From assembly GCA_963813155.1 (NCBI GenBank), contig CAWEYG010000005.1, positions 192,001 to 256,000 of the forward strand: a DNA stretch of 64,000 nucleotides, in the 5' to 3' direction. This DNA comes from an uncultured Acidobacteriota bacterium (GTDB lineage: Bacteria; Acidobacteriota; Thermoanaerobaculia; UBA5066; DATFVB01). Made by a program: the position numbers and the translations under genes. Positions 20,991 to 30,789 of the stretch are shown here, one piece after another (positions within the stretch are counted from its first letter, which is position 1; the number at the start of each line of letters is the position of its first letter). The notes below the pieces were generated by a model, which was not told the DNA's origin, searched no databases, and worked only from the letters and a program-made list of their open reading frames with translations.

Positions 20991-22151
20991 CTATCCCGCG
21001 GCTTCCTTCGTGATCGCCCGGCCGATGACGAGGCGCTGGATCTGGTTGGTGCCCTCGTAGATCTGGGTGATCTTCGCGTCGCGCATGAACTTCTCGATCG
21101 GGTAGTCCTTGCAGTAGCCGTAGCCGCCGAAGAGCTGCACGGCGTTGGTCGTCACTTCCATCGCGACGTCGGTGCCGAACACCTTGCACATCGCGGAGTA
21201 TTTCGTGAAGTTCTTGACTCCCGCGTCGATCGCGGAAGCCGCCGCGTAGATGAGCTGCCGCGCCGCCTCGATGCGCGTCGCCATGTCCGCGAGCATCCAC
21301 TGGACGCCCTGGAACGACGCGACGGACTGGCCGAACTGCTGCCGGTCGCGCGTGTACCGGATCGCGAGGTCGAGCGCTCCCTGGGCGAGGCCAAGCGCCT
21401 GCGCGGCGACGGCGGGGCGAGCCCGGTCGAGCGTCATCATCGCGTTGCCGAAGCCGCTTCCTTCCTTGCCGCCGAGGACCTGCGCCGCCGGAATCGAGCA
21501 GTTCTCGAAGTGCAGCTCGTGGACCGGGACGCACCGGATCCCCATCAGGTCTTCTTTCTTTCCGATGCGAAATCCCGGGTGGCCCTTCTCCACGAGGAAA
21601 GCCGTGATGCCGCGCGAGCCGCGCTCGGGGTTCGTCGACGCATAGACGGTGTAGATCGTCGCGGCGTTTCCGTTCGTGTTCCACTTCTTGTCGCCGTTGA
21701 CGAGAAACGAGCCGTCCGCCTGCTTCTCCGCGAGGCAGGAAAGGGACCCGGCGTCCGAGCCGGACTTCTTCTCCGAGAGGCCGAACGCGATGAGATTTTC
21801 GCCCGACGCGATTTTCGGGAGCCACTTCTGTTTCTGCTCGTCGGTGCCGCCGAGGATGATCGGAAACGAGCCGAGCGAGTTGACGGCGTAGAGCACGCCG
21901 AAGCCGCCGCAGACCTTCGAGAGCTCCTCGACGACGAGGCAGAGGTTCAGGACCCCGCCTCCGGCGCCGCCGTATTCCTTCGGAATCCAGACCTTGAAGA
22001 GGTCGAACTTCTTCAACCCTTCGACGGCCGACCAGGGATATTCGGCCGTACGGTCCCATTCGGCGGCGTGGGGTGCGACGTACTTCTCCGCGCACTCTTT
22101 CGCTCGGGCGATCCAGTCCTGATTTTCGGCGGACAGCATTTCGCGAATCAT
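20991..22151 (-). CDS. Acyl-CoA dehydrogenase
   Basis: FGLSEKKSGSD, RQQFG, QLFGGYGY, IYEGTNQIQR. Confidence 0.95.
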   Translation of the reverse strand: MIREMLSAENQDWIARAKECAEKYVAPHAAEWDRTAEYPWSAVEGLKKFDLFKVWIPKEYGGAGGGVLNLCLVVEELSKVCGGFGVLYAVNSLGSFPIILGGTDEQKQKWLPKIASGENLIAFGLSEKKSGSDAGSLSCLAEKQADGSFLVNGDKKWNTNGNAATIYTVYASTNPERGSRGITAFLVEKGHPGFRIGKKEDLMGIRCVPVHELHFENCSIPAAQVLGGKEGSGFGNAMMTLDRARPAVAAQALGLAQGALDLAIRYTRDRQQFGQSVASFQGVQWMLADMATRIEAARQLIYAAASAIDAGVKNFTKYSAMCKVFGTDVAMEVTTNAVQLFGGYGYCKDYPIEKFMRDAKITQIYEGTNQIQRLVIGRAITKEAAG

Positions 22152-22232
22152 CGGATTTCTCCTCGTTTGAGCCGCGGTAGGATACCCGAAAATCCGGTCC
22201 CGCGCCGGAACCGGGGAAGGCAGGAGGCCGCG

Positions 22233-22421
22233 TTGACAGCTCTCGTTTTCGGTCAGACGACCGGTTGCATCGGGTTGTTCATCCTGATCGTCGACATCCT
22301 CTGCATCATCCAGATCGCGGAGGCGAGGAAGTCGACGCTGAAGAAGGCACTCTGGATCGCCTTCGTCGTTCTCTTCCCCGTCCTGGGGGCGCTGATCTGG
22401 CTGCTGCTCGGAAAGAAGTGA
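22233..22421 (+). CDS. PLDc N-terminal domain small membrane protein
   Basis: AGGAGG then TTG; KALWIAFVVLFPVLGALIWLLLG motif. Confidence 0.8.
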   Translation: MTALVFGQTTGCIGLFILIVDILCIIQIAEARKSTLKKALWIAFVVLFPVLGALIWLLLGKK

Positions 22422-22435
22422 CGGGCGGGTCGCCC

Positions 22436-22457
22436 GTCATTCCCGCGAACGCGGGGA
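22436..22457 (+). repeat. REP-like palindrome, left part (interrupted by IS30)
   Basis: GTCATTCCCGCGAACGCGGGGA, completed by TCC on the far side of the IS. Confidence 0.85.
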
Positions 22458-23447
22458 GGTGGATTCACATTTGAAGTGCAACAGATGAGAGAAGACCTCG
22501 GCCGGGGTTTGGAAGTCAAGGCATTTCCTAGGTGTGTGATTGTAGAGTTGGGCAAGGCGGAGGATTTGGCTCGTGGGAAGGACTGCCAGGTCGGTTTTTC
22601 GGGGGAGGAAGCGACGAAGCCGGCCGATGGCATTTTCGACTCCGCCCTTCTGCCAAGGAGACCGTGGATCGCAAAAGAATGTTTCGACTCCGAGGGTTTT
22701 CCCCAGGCGGTGATGGAAAGCGAACTCGGTTCCGTTGTCGAAGGTCACGGTGCGGCGCAGGGACGGGGGAAGAGGTCGCAGAAGATTTTCGATGGTAGAG
22801 ACAAGAGGTGCGGCGGCCTTGCTTTGTTGACGCAGGATAACCGTCAGTCGAGAAGTACGTTCGTGAAGGGCCAAGACGGCCTGCCCATAGGTGGCAAAGA
22901 GCATGAGATCGGCCTCCCAATGGCCAGGGTTGGTTCGGTCACTGGCTTCTGGGGGTCGCAGAGCAATGGGGACACGGTTTTGGATGTGCACGGTCGAGTT
23001 GCCGTGTTTTGGGGAGCGTCGGCCGCGCTTGCTCTTGCCGCGGGGGAGGTAGAGCCGCCAGGAGTAATCCTTGGTGCGAGCGATCTGAGCGGCGATGAAG
23101 CGATAAATGGTTTCATGACTGACAACCGGCCGGCCTTCTTCGCGCGCGAGCCTGCCGGCGACCTCCTGCGGCGACCATCCCTGACTGAGGCGGTCCAAGA
23201 CCAGAGCCTGGAGGTCGGGCCGACGCAACAGTTTGCTGCCGGTCCAGCGCCGTGCCTTGGCCTGTTGACCGGCGTAAACGGGCTGATACCCGCCCGACGT
23301 CGTGCTGTTGCGCTTCAGCTCCCGAGCAACGCTCGATGGCGCGCGATCCAGACCTGCCGCGATTTGCCGGATCGATTGCCCGGCGCAGCGACGCCGGGCA
23401 ATCTCACACCGTTCCTGGATCCCAAGCTGCCCGTATTGGCGCCCCAT
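22437..23447 (-). CDS. IS30-family transposase
   Basis: HTH SIRQIAAGLDRAPSSVARELKRN; GHWEAD, TFDNGTEF, SPWQKGGVEN, PRKCL. Confidence 0.96.
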   Translation of the reverse strand: MGRQYGQLGIQERCEIARRRCAGQSIRQIAAGLDRAPSSVARELKRNSTTSGGYQPVYAGQQAKARRWTGSKLLRRPDLQALVLDRLSQGWSPQEVAGRLAREEGRPVVSHETIYRFIAAQIARTKDYSWRLYLPRGKSKRGRRSPKHGNSTVHIQNRVPIALRPPEASDRTNPGHWEADLMLFATYGQAVLALHERTSRLTVILRQQSKAAAPLVSTIENLLRPLPPSLRRTVTFDNGTEFAFHHRLGKTLGVETFFCDPRSPWQKGGVENAIGRLRRFLPRKTDLAVLPTSQILRLAQLYNHTPRKCLDFQTPAEVFSHLLHFKCESTSPRSRE

Positions 23448-23494
23448 CGCAGCACCCCCATCAGAAGGTGTTGCACTTCGTTTGTGAAATCAAA
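22458..23494 (-). mobile_element. IS30-family insertion sequence (1037 bp)
   Basis: Imperfect 26-bp inverted repeats (22458-22483, 23469-23494) ending GAAGTGCAACA; GGA direct repeats at 22455-22457 and 23495-23497; lower GC than flanks. Confidence 0.93.
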
Positions 23495-23535
23495 GGATCC
23501 CTCTCGTATCGACTTCGGAAAAAAACCACCTGAGC

Positions 23536-23585
23536 GATCCCCGCTTTCGCGGGGATGACGACGTCGTCGTCTGGGGGATGACGAC
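23536..23585 (-). repeat. Inverted partner REP plus a partial copy
   Basis: GATCCCCGCTTTCGCGGGGATGAC (23536-23559), then a partial GGGGGATGACGAC. Confidence 0.85.
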
Positions 23586-23592
23586 TTCGTCG

Positions 23593-24360
23593 TCAGAACG
23601 AGTGGCTGACGCCGAGCAGGCCGCGGTAGCGGATTCGCGTGCGCTCGCCCGCAACCTCGGAAAGCATCCCGGCGTAAAAGACCGACTGCATCCCGATCCT
23701 GCGCTTCACGCCGATCTCGACTCCCACCGTCGGCTTGCCGCCGGTCTCGACACTCTGGCGGACGTAAGCGTCCATCATTCCCAGCGTGTCGGTGTTCCAG
23801 CCGCCGCCCGGCGGCGAATCGAAACCGATGGCCGCGTAGAGGCGGTTGCGCCGTTCTTCCGGCCGCGTGCTGCCGATGTACATCGAGCCGAAGTTTCCGT
23901 GGACCCGAAAACCGTCGAACGATTTCGAGAGCAGAAGCTCGGGGACGAAATTCGTTCCGTGGGAGGCGAAGCCCGTGGCGAGCAGGGCATCGAACCTCAC
24001 CCCGATTCCCGGGCGGTCTCCGGTTTCGGTGACGACTTGCGCCAGGACGTGCAGGTCGAGATCTCCCGAGCCGATCCCGCGGCGGGCATTCAGCCGCGGG
24101 TTCGTCAGGAGGCGAGTCTCGCCGCCGATTTCGAAGTTCGGCGCGAAACCGTAGACGAGCGCCAGGGCCGGACCCGCATAGTCGACGTGATCGAGCCGCA
24201 CGGCGTAGGCGTAGTCGAACGAGCCCGAGTACGTCCCCGGGGAAATCGGGACCGAGTCTTCGATCGTGATCGGCCGCCCCGCCTCCAGGTTCGAGACCTC
24301 CTGTGCCCGCGCGCCCGCGGCGGGCAGAAGGGCGAGCAGGAGAAAAAGCGCCCTCCTCAT
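23593..24360 (-). CDS. Putative outer-membrane beta-barrel protein
   Basis: Signal peptide MRRALFLLLALL, amphipathic strands, C-terminal Phe (GVSHSF). Confidence 0.7.
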   Translation of the reverse strand: MRRALFLLLALLPAAGARAQEVSNLEAGRPITIEDSVPISPGTYSGSFDYAYAVRLDHVDYAGPALALVYGFAPNFEIGGETRLLTNPRLNARRGIGSGDLDLHVLAQVVTETGDRPGIGVRFDALLATGFASHGTNFVPELLLSKSFDGFRVHGNFGSMYIGSTRPEERRNRLYAAIGFDSPPGGGWNTDTLGMMDAYVRQSVETGGKPTVGVEIGVKRRIGMQSVFYAGMLSEVAGERTRIRYRGLLGVSHSF

Positions 24361-25190
24361 CGGAGACCGTATCTCTTCTCGGCCGCCCGGAGGCCGGCGC
24401 GGCGCGCGGCGGCGTCGGAAGACGAGAGCGCCTCGAAGAGCTCGATCCGAAAGTGCGTCGCGCGGTCGAGCACGGCGGCGACGAGCGGATAAGACTCCGT
24501 GAAGGCGGGCGCGAATCGCGTGTACCAGGAAGCCTCGATCGAATCCGGCGGCTGCTCGATCTCGCGGTCGTACCGATCGACGCTGGCTTTGACCTTCCAG
24601 CGCTGCTCGCGAAAGCTCGCGGCGGCGAGGTCGTCCGCCGACTGGGCGAAAAGCCAATCGCCTTCGAGCAGCAGCCTGGCCGTTCGGAATTCGCCAAACC
24701 TCGCGTCGACCCCGGCCGGCGCCGGCTCGGAGAGCGCGTACTGTGCGCGCCGATACTCCGTCAGACTTCGCTCGATTCGCACCTTCGTGTTGATGCCCAG
24801 CGCGTCGGTCGCGGCGAGAGCGTCGGCGACCTGGCGTTCGAGCCGGTCGGCTTCCAGGATCGCGCCGAAAGCGCGGGAAGCTTCGCGCGAAAAGCGGGGA
24901 GCGCAGAGACGGGCGTCGGGCGGAAAGTTCGGAAGGCGATGGATCGCCGCGAGGACCGATTCTTCGAGCGTTTCGTCGAGCTCGCGGCCGATCCCCCGGG
25001 TCCACGCGTTCTCGAGAGCCCTCCAGCGGCCGTACCGGATCGCGTTCTCTCGCGCATCGAGATCGGGAAAGAAGCGGTGAACGGAGTGAGAGGAGAGACC
25101 CTGAAAGGGAAGCCGGAGGGACGTTTGCCCGGAACAACCGATCCCGAGGAGGAGCGGCAGAAGCGCCAGTCGCAGCATCAACTCCTTCAT
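24357..25190 (-). CDS. Hypothetical lipoprotein
   Basis: ATG 25190, lipobox LLLGIGC, own -10-like TAAAAT upstream; in frame with the upstream symporter. Confidence 0.6.
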   Translation of the reverse strand: MKELMLRLALLPLLLGIGCSGQTSLRLPFQGLSSHSVHRFFPDLDARENAIRYGRWRALENAWTRGIGRELDETLEESVLAAIHRLPNFPPDARLCAPRFSREASRAFGAILEADRLERQVADALAATDALGINTKVRIERSLTEYRRAQYALSEPAPAGVDARFGEFRTARLLLEGDWLFAQSADDLAAASFREQRWKVKASVDRYDREIEQPPDSIEASWYTRFAPAFTESYPLVAAVLDRATHFRIELFEALSSSDAAARRAGLRAAEKRYGLR

Positions 25191-26576
25191 GGATCGGAGA
25201 ATTTTAACCCGTAATCCCCCGGGCACCGTCCCCTTCAGGCGAGTGCGCGCCATTCCGAGGAGGAGGATCGCGAGGTTGATCGCGGATCCCGCGATGACCG
25301 GGTCGACGTGAAAGAGCAGTCCGGGGAAAAATCGTCCGAGCAGCGCGGCCGAGCCGCCGGCGACCATCGCCGCGATCGCGTCCCGCGGCGGAACCCAGAG
25401 AACCGGGAAGAAGCCGAAGAGAATCGGAAGGATCATCCCCGCCGCGAAGATCGAATATCCGAGCTTCAGGGTCTCCACGATTTCCCGCATTCCGAGCGCG
25501 ACGAGCAGGCCGAGCGCCCCGTAGACGGGCACGAGGAGTCGGGCCGCGCGGAAATCCAGCGCCCGGCCCGCGAGCGGCGCCACGTCGCGGGCCGTCGCGG
25601 AGGCCGCCGTCAGGAGCACCGAGTCCGCGGAAGACTGCATGGTTGCGAGCAGGGCAACGGTCGCGAAGGAGGCGAGAACAGCGGGAGGGAAAGTCGCGAG
25701 CGCCGCCGGCAGCGCCTCGGAAGGATTCGCGCGGGCCAGTCCCGCCGCGCGCGCGCCGAGGGCGATCGCGGCGACCGCGCCTCCGAAGACGACCTTCGAC
25801 GCGGCCGCGCCGAAAGCCGAGAGGCGGGCCGAGCGCTCGTCGCGGCAGGAGAGCAGCTTCGAGTAAATGTCGCCGCCGACCAGGTGGGGAAGCCCGATCA
25901 GCACGAGCCAGCCCGCGACCTCCTTCCAGCCGAGCGACGGCGACACCGGAAACGTGCCTGCCGCCCGGGGGAGCGCGGCGCGGAAATGCGGCGCGCTCGC
26001 GATCGTTCCGACGAGCAGGATACCGGCCACCATCAGCGCGTACTGGACGAGATCGGTCGCGACGACCGCGTACTGTCCCCCGATCGCCGTGTACGCAATG
26101 AAGACGGCCGCCGACACGAGGAGCGCCGCGGTCGGGGGCACGCCGAGGGCGGCCGTGAGCACGATTTGAGAAGCCTCCGTCAGCAGGGCGAACCACGCGA
26201 TCTCGGCGACGACCACGAGCACTCCCGCCGCGGCCCGCGCCGACGGCCCGTAGAAACGGCCGGCGATTTCCGGGAGCGTGAAAGCTCCCGTGCGGCGCAC
26301 CTTTCCCGCGAGAAAGGCGCCGAGCAGGAAGAGACCGAGGGCGCCCGAGAGGTCGAGCCAGACGCCGGCGAGGCCGTGGCGATACACGAGGGCGGCGCAG
26401 ACGATCGTCGCCGACCCGCCGGTCGTCGTGGACGCGAGCGCGGCAAACCCCCGCCAGGGACCGTACGAACGGTCCGCGACGTAGAAGGACCGCTCGCCCG
26501 CGGAGGCCTTGCGCCGCGTGGCGAGGCCGATCGCGAGCATCGCCGCGAGGTAAACCGCGAGAAAAGCGACGGTCAT
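25191..26576 (-). CDS. Sodium:solute symporter family protein (3' end uncertain)
   Basis: YVADRS..ASTTTGG, TLPEIAGRFYG, YTAIGGQYAVVATD, ATMQSSADS. Confidence 0.88.
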
Positions 26577-26583
26577 GGGCCGG

Positions 26584-27754
26584 TCAAGCGCCGGTCAAAC
26601 TGTCGCCGACGGTTCGTGCGGAGGCTTCGAGGACGAGCGTTCCGATCGCGAGAGCCCTCTCGTCGAAATCGAAGACGGGGGAGTGGTGGGGCCGGTGCGG
26701 GCCCTCGAGGGCGGACCCGACGAAGAAGAAACAACCCGGGACCCGGTCGAGGTAGACCGACATGTCCTCTCCCCCCATCGTCCGGGTCTCGACGATCGAA
26801 CCGGGCCCGAGGACGCGCTCGACGGACTCCGCGACGAGAGCGGCGATGCCGGAATCGTTGACGGTCGCGCGGTTGATGCGCCGGTAGTCCACGCGGCACG
26901 AGAGGCCGTGCGCGGACGCGACGCCGTTCGCGATGCGCGCGATCTTCTCCGGGATCGCAGCGGAAGGCATCCTCGGAAAAGGAGCGCGCCGTCCCGAGGA
27001 GGCGGACTTCTTTCGGAATGATGTTGAAGGCGGAGCCGCCGTGGACGGACCCGATCGTGACGACGGCCGGGTCGAACGGCGAAATTTCCCGGGCGACGAT
27101 GCCCTGAAGCGCGTCGATCAGTCGCGCGGACGCGACGATCGGGTCGAACGTCTCGTGCGGCGCGGCCCCGTGCCCCCCGGGGCCGGAAAGGACGATCTCG
27201 AACTCGTCGACGGCGGCCATCTGCGGGCCTGCGACGAGACCGATCTTTCCGACGGGAAGCTGGTTCCAGAGGTGGATGCCGAGCGCCGCGCCGACCCCTT
27301 CGAGAACGCCGTCCGCGGCCATCGCTTCCGCCCCTCCTCCGCCTTCTTCCGCCGGCTGAAAGAGCGAGCGGATCGCGGCCCGGGAGGGAGCCGCGAACAG
27401 GCGCCGCGCCACCGCGAGGCCGATCGCGACGTGTCCGTCGTGGCCGCAGGCGTGCATGCGGCCGGTCTCTTCCGAGGCGTAGGGAACGTCGTTCTCCTCC
27501 TTCAAGGGCAGCGCGTCCATGTCGGCGCGGATCATCAGCCTCGGCGTTCCGGCCGGCCCGAAGTCGCACGTGACGCCGGTTCTCCCGATCCCCTCGCGGG
27601 GCGACAGGCCGATCGAGCGAATTTCCCGGCAGACGACCGACGCCGTTCGGGTTTCCGAAAACGCGAGCTCGGGATGCCGGTGGAGATCTCTCCGGATCGC
27701 GACGAGCGAGGCGAGCTCCGGCTCGGGAAAGGATTCCGGCGCCGTTCCGGGCAT
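26584..27754 (-). CDS. M20 family amidohydrolase (frameshift near 26965)
   Basis: RRDLHRHPEL, RADMDAL, MHACGHDGH, FQPAEEG; C-terminal MGGED..HHSPVFDFDE in a second frame. Confidence 0.9.
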
Positions 27755-27762
27755 GCGGGCGA

Positions 27763-28155
27763 TCATAGCTCTCCCTCGAGCCGCTCGATCTTGCCGCGCA
27801 GCTCCTCGGAAAACGGCCTCTTCGCGCCGGCATTCCAGTCCCACAGGACCTGCGTGCTGCGGGCTTCGGCGACGAGCTCGCCGCCGCGCGTGAGCCGGTA
27901 GGAAAAATCGAAGGACGTCTTCCCGATGCGCGTGCAGCGGATCTCGACCTCGAGGAGATCGCCCATGTACGCCGGCCGGCGGTACTCGATCGAAGCGCTC
28001 GCCATGATGAACCCGATGTCGAGGATGCTCCGCAGACCGATGAGGCGGTCCCAGTACTTCTGCCGCGCGTACTCGCAGTAGCTGAAGTAGACGGCGTTGT
28101 TGAGGTGCCCCATGGCATCGATGTCGCGGTAGGGAACTTCGACAGAGACTTTCAA
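27763..28155 (-). CDS. Acyl-CoA thioesterase (YbgC/FadM hot-dog family)
   Basis: DIDAMGHLNNAVYFSYCEYAR; TTGA overlap with the MFS stop. Confidence 0.9.
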   Translation of the reverse strand: MKVSVEVPYRDIDAMGHLNNAVYFSYCEYARQKYWDRLIGLRSILDIGFIMASASIEYRRPAYMGDLLEVEIRCTRIGKTSFDFSYRLTRGGELVAEARSTQVLWDWNAGAKRPFSEELRGKIERLEGEL

Positions 28156-29315
28156 ATGCTCTCCTGCGCGGCCGGTTTTGCGGAGACGGCCCAGACCGCG
28201 AGCGCGCCCGCCGACGCCGCGACGAGCGCCCCCGTCCACTGCGGACCCTTCGGCCCGAAGCGGAAATACGCGTACTCGCCCCAGAGGGGGCCGAGGATTC
28301 TTCCCAGCGACGACATCGACTGGTAGGCGCCCAGGACCGTTCCGCGCTCCCGGCTCCCGGAGAGCCGGGAAATGAAGGACGAGAGCGCCGGGTTCGCGGC
28401 GCCGATTCCGAGCGTCAGGGGGACGAGCACGAAGCGCAGAGCGCCCGGCGTTCCCGAGAGCGGCATCAGGAAAAGCCCGAGCGCGACGAACAGAATGCCC
28501 GCGACGGCGAGCACGGGTTCGCCGAAGCGCCGGGAGAGGGGGCGAATCGCGCCGCCCTGCACGAGCGAGATCAACACGCCGATGTACACGAAGAAAAACG
28601 CGACAGCCGTCGGCGTCGCTCCTATCCGGTCGTGCAGGAACTGCGAAAACGTCGCCTCGAAGTTCGAAAACGCGAACGTCACGAGGAAAAAGACCGCGAG
28701 GACGAGAAGAATCCGGCGATCGCGGATCGCCTGGAAAATGCCGCGGCGGCTTGCCCGCGCGGGGCCCGAGTGCTCGGGCTCGCGGAGAAAGAACGCGGTT
28801 GCGAGCAGCGCGCAGGCCGATAGGGCCGCGGCCGCGAGGCCGGGGGCCGCGGGTCCCCACAGGACCGTCACGCCCGCGATCGCGGGGCCGAAGATGAATC
28901 CCAGGCCGAACGCGGCTCCCACCACCCCCATTCCCTTCGCGCGATCCTCCGGCTTCGTCACGTCGGCGACGTAGGCCTGCGCCGTCGAGATGTTGCCGCC
29001 GGAGATTCCGTCGATGATTCGCGCGGCGAAGAGGGCGGCGAGCGAGCCGGCGAAAGCGAACAGCACGTAGCCCGCGACCGAGCCCGCGAGAGAGACGAGC
29101 AACACCGGTTTTCGGCCGAACCGGTCGGACAGGCGTCCGAGGACGGGAGCGAACAGAAACTGCATGGCGGAAAACGACGAAAGCAGGAGCCCGAACTCGA
29201 GCGCCGAGGGGTGGTACCTCTCGGCATAGAGGGGAAGGAGCGGAATCACGATCCCGAACCCCAGCAGGTCGATGAAGACGATCGCGAAGATCGTCGCGAG
29301 GGGGCGGGATTTCAC
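28152..29315 (-). CDS. MFS transporter, DHA1/TetA-like
   Basis: DLLGFGIVIP, GRLSDRFGRKPV, GFIFGPAIAG. Confidence 0.9.
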   Translation of the reverse strand: MKSRPLATIFAIVFIDLLGFGIVIPLLPLYAERYHPSALEFGLLLSSFSAMQFLFAPVLGRLSDRFGRKPVLLVSLAGSVAGYVLFAFAGSLAALFAARIIDGISGGNISTAQAYVADVTKPEDRAKGMGVVGAAFGLGFIFGPAIAGVTVLWGPAAPGLAAAALSACALLATAFFLREPEHSGPARASRRGIFQAIRDRRILLVLAVFFLVTFAFSNFEATFSQFLHDRIGATPTAVAFFFVYIGVLISLVQGGAIRPLSRRFGEPVLAVAGILFVALGLFLMPLSGTPGALRFVLVPLTLGIGAANPALSSFISRLSGSRERGTVLGAYQSMSSLGRILGPLWGEYAYFRFGPKGPQWTGALVAASAGALAVWAVSAKPAAQESI

Positions 29316-29387
29316 GCGTTCAATCTACCGGAGAGGGGAGAGGTTGGCAAAGCGGGGATAAGATCACCGCTTCAGAAGGGGGTTCCC

Positions 29388-29636
29388 ATGGAAGATTTCT
29401 TGGATCCCGAAATTCCCGCCGGCGCGGCGAATGCCCCCGGCGAAGACTCGTCGCTCTGGGAAGAGGCGAAGTCGCGAAGCCGGATGGCGGGCGAGCGGAT
29501 CGGCCAGGAATGGGAGCGTCTGTCCGAGGGCGCTCAGGAATACGCGGACGAGCACTCCGTGGGCGTCGCGTTCGGCTCGTTCGGCGTCGGAATCGCCCTC
29601 GGGGTCCTGATCGGGATTCTCGTCGCCCGGGATTAG
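29388..29636 (+). CDS. ElaB/YqjD/DUF883-like small tail-anchored protein
   Basis: Helical N-terminus and C-terminal TM GVGIALGVLIGILV. Confidence 0.65.
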   Translation: MEDFLDPEIPAGAANAPGEDSSLWEEAKSRSRMAGERIGQEWERLSEGAQEYADEHSVGVAFGSFGVGIALGVLIGILVARD

Positions 29637-29980
29637 CGAACCGGCTCGATTTTCACGAGCCGGATCTTCCCCGATTCCTTCTCCAGCGTTCCCAGGATCC
29701 GGACGAGACGATTCGCGAAACGGCGAGCCGCCTTCTGATCGTCGATCTGGTAGACGTCTCCGGTCGTGTGGTCGGCGAGGACGTATTCCTGCTTGTATTT
29801 TTCGCAGCACTCCCGCGTGCACACGAGGTCGTTGGGAAGATGGTGCTGCTTCTTCATGCGCGCGTGGTCGAGGCCGCATTCGCTGTCGGAGACGATGCCG
29901 GAAAACAGCGCCGGGGCGTCGGCCGCGCGCGCGAGCGTTGCGGACAACAACAGAACGAGGGCAGGGCGAAGAGTCCTCAC
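29633..29980 (-). CDS. Secreted Cys/His-motif protein (DUF5818-like), third paralogue
   Basis: Signal peptide; SGIVSDSECGLDH...CTREC. Confidence 0.72.
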   Translation of the reverse strand: MRTLRPALVLLLSATLARAADAPALFSGIVSDSECGLDHARMKKQHHLPNDLVCTRECCEKYKQEYVLADHTTGDVYQIDDQKAARRFANRLVRILGTLEKESGKIRLVKIEPVR

Positions 29981-30402
29981 GGAACCGTCTCCCCTTCGCA
30001 CTCCGGGCAGGGCGCCCACATCTCGCCGTCGGGGGGGATCGGGTGCGCTTTCGTCTCGAGCCGGCCGAACGCGCCTCCCTTGATGTGCCACAGGTAGCAT
30101 TCGTGGCGGAAGCTCTCGAGTGGGGTCGCCGCGACCGTCCAGCCGAATAGCACGTTCTCGCAATCGGGCCCGCACCGCGCGATCAGGGCCTTGCGCAGGT
30201 CGCGCTCGTCGCGGCCCACGGATTCGCGGATTCCGCCGCGCGGCAGAACTTCCTTCAGGTAGAAGGCCCCGGGCAGCTGCGCGACGACGCAGCGGCGGAC
30301 GATCTTCTCCGCGAGCCGCTGCGCCTGGTAGATGACGACTTCTTCTTCCAGGCCGGGGAAGAGCGACGCCTGCAGAAACGGCTCGGAGACGGCCGCCTTC
30401 AA
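29977..30402 (-). CDS. Hypothetical Cys-containing protein with C-terminal CPEC
   Basis: 4-bp overlaps with both neighbours. Confidence 0.55.
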   Translation of the reverse strand: MKAAVSEPFLQASLFPGLEEEVVIYQAQRLAEKIVRRCVVAQLPGAFYLKEVLPRGGIRESVGRDERDLRKALIARCGPDCENVLFGWTVAATPLESFRHECYLWHIKGGAFGRLETKAHPIPPDGEMWAPCPECEGETVP

Positions 30403-30659
30403 GGTTCGCCGACCGCGCGCAGGGCCTTTCGCCGGACCCGGCCCTCGGGAGAGAGCGCGATCGCCTCGCCGCAGCCGGCGCAGTCGAACTCCGGAGACAG
30501 GGCCAGCAGCGACGTGTCGACGCACAGGATCGCGCCGCAGTCGGGGCAGGAGACCTCGAAGAACTCGCCCAATTCCGAAAAGCGCGAGTGGGGAACCTTG
30601 TCGGCGCTCCCATGTCGCAGGGCATAGGGAGGCGCTTCGAACGGTCGGGTTCGGTTCAT
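30399..30659 (-). CDS. Small zinc-ribbon protein
   Basis: GGAGG SD; CPDCG...CAGCG. Confidence 0.6.
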   Translation of the reverse strand: MNRTRPFEAPPYALRHGSADKVPHSRFSELGEFFEVSCPDCGAILCVDTSLLALSPEFDCAGCGEAIALSPEGRVRRKALRAVGEP

Positions 30660-30789
30660 CGGATCCTCCATTTTCGAAAATGAGGGCTCGCCCGCAAGAT
30701 TGAGGGGAGAGCGGCTTGGAAAGATCGCCTCGAGCTCCGGGAGGTGCGGATTCATGCCGTTGATCCTCTCGAACGCGACAGCTCGTGTG

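Noticed and set aside
18867-22232. 1184-aa plus-strand ORF
   Set aside because: GC-rich shadow of mfd and the acyl-CoA dehydrogenase; only the last 62 codons look like a real gene.
22476-23558. 360-aa ORF antisense to the IS30 transposase
   Set aside because: No recognisable motifs; extends beyond the element; best explained as a shadow ORF.
23536-23595. Short repeats GATGACGAC as a possible CRISPR array
   Set aside because: These are REP fragments with no regular spacers, and no cas genes are present.
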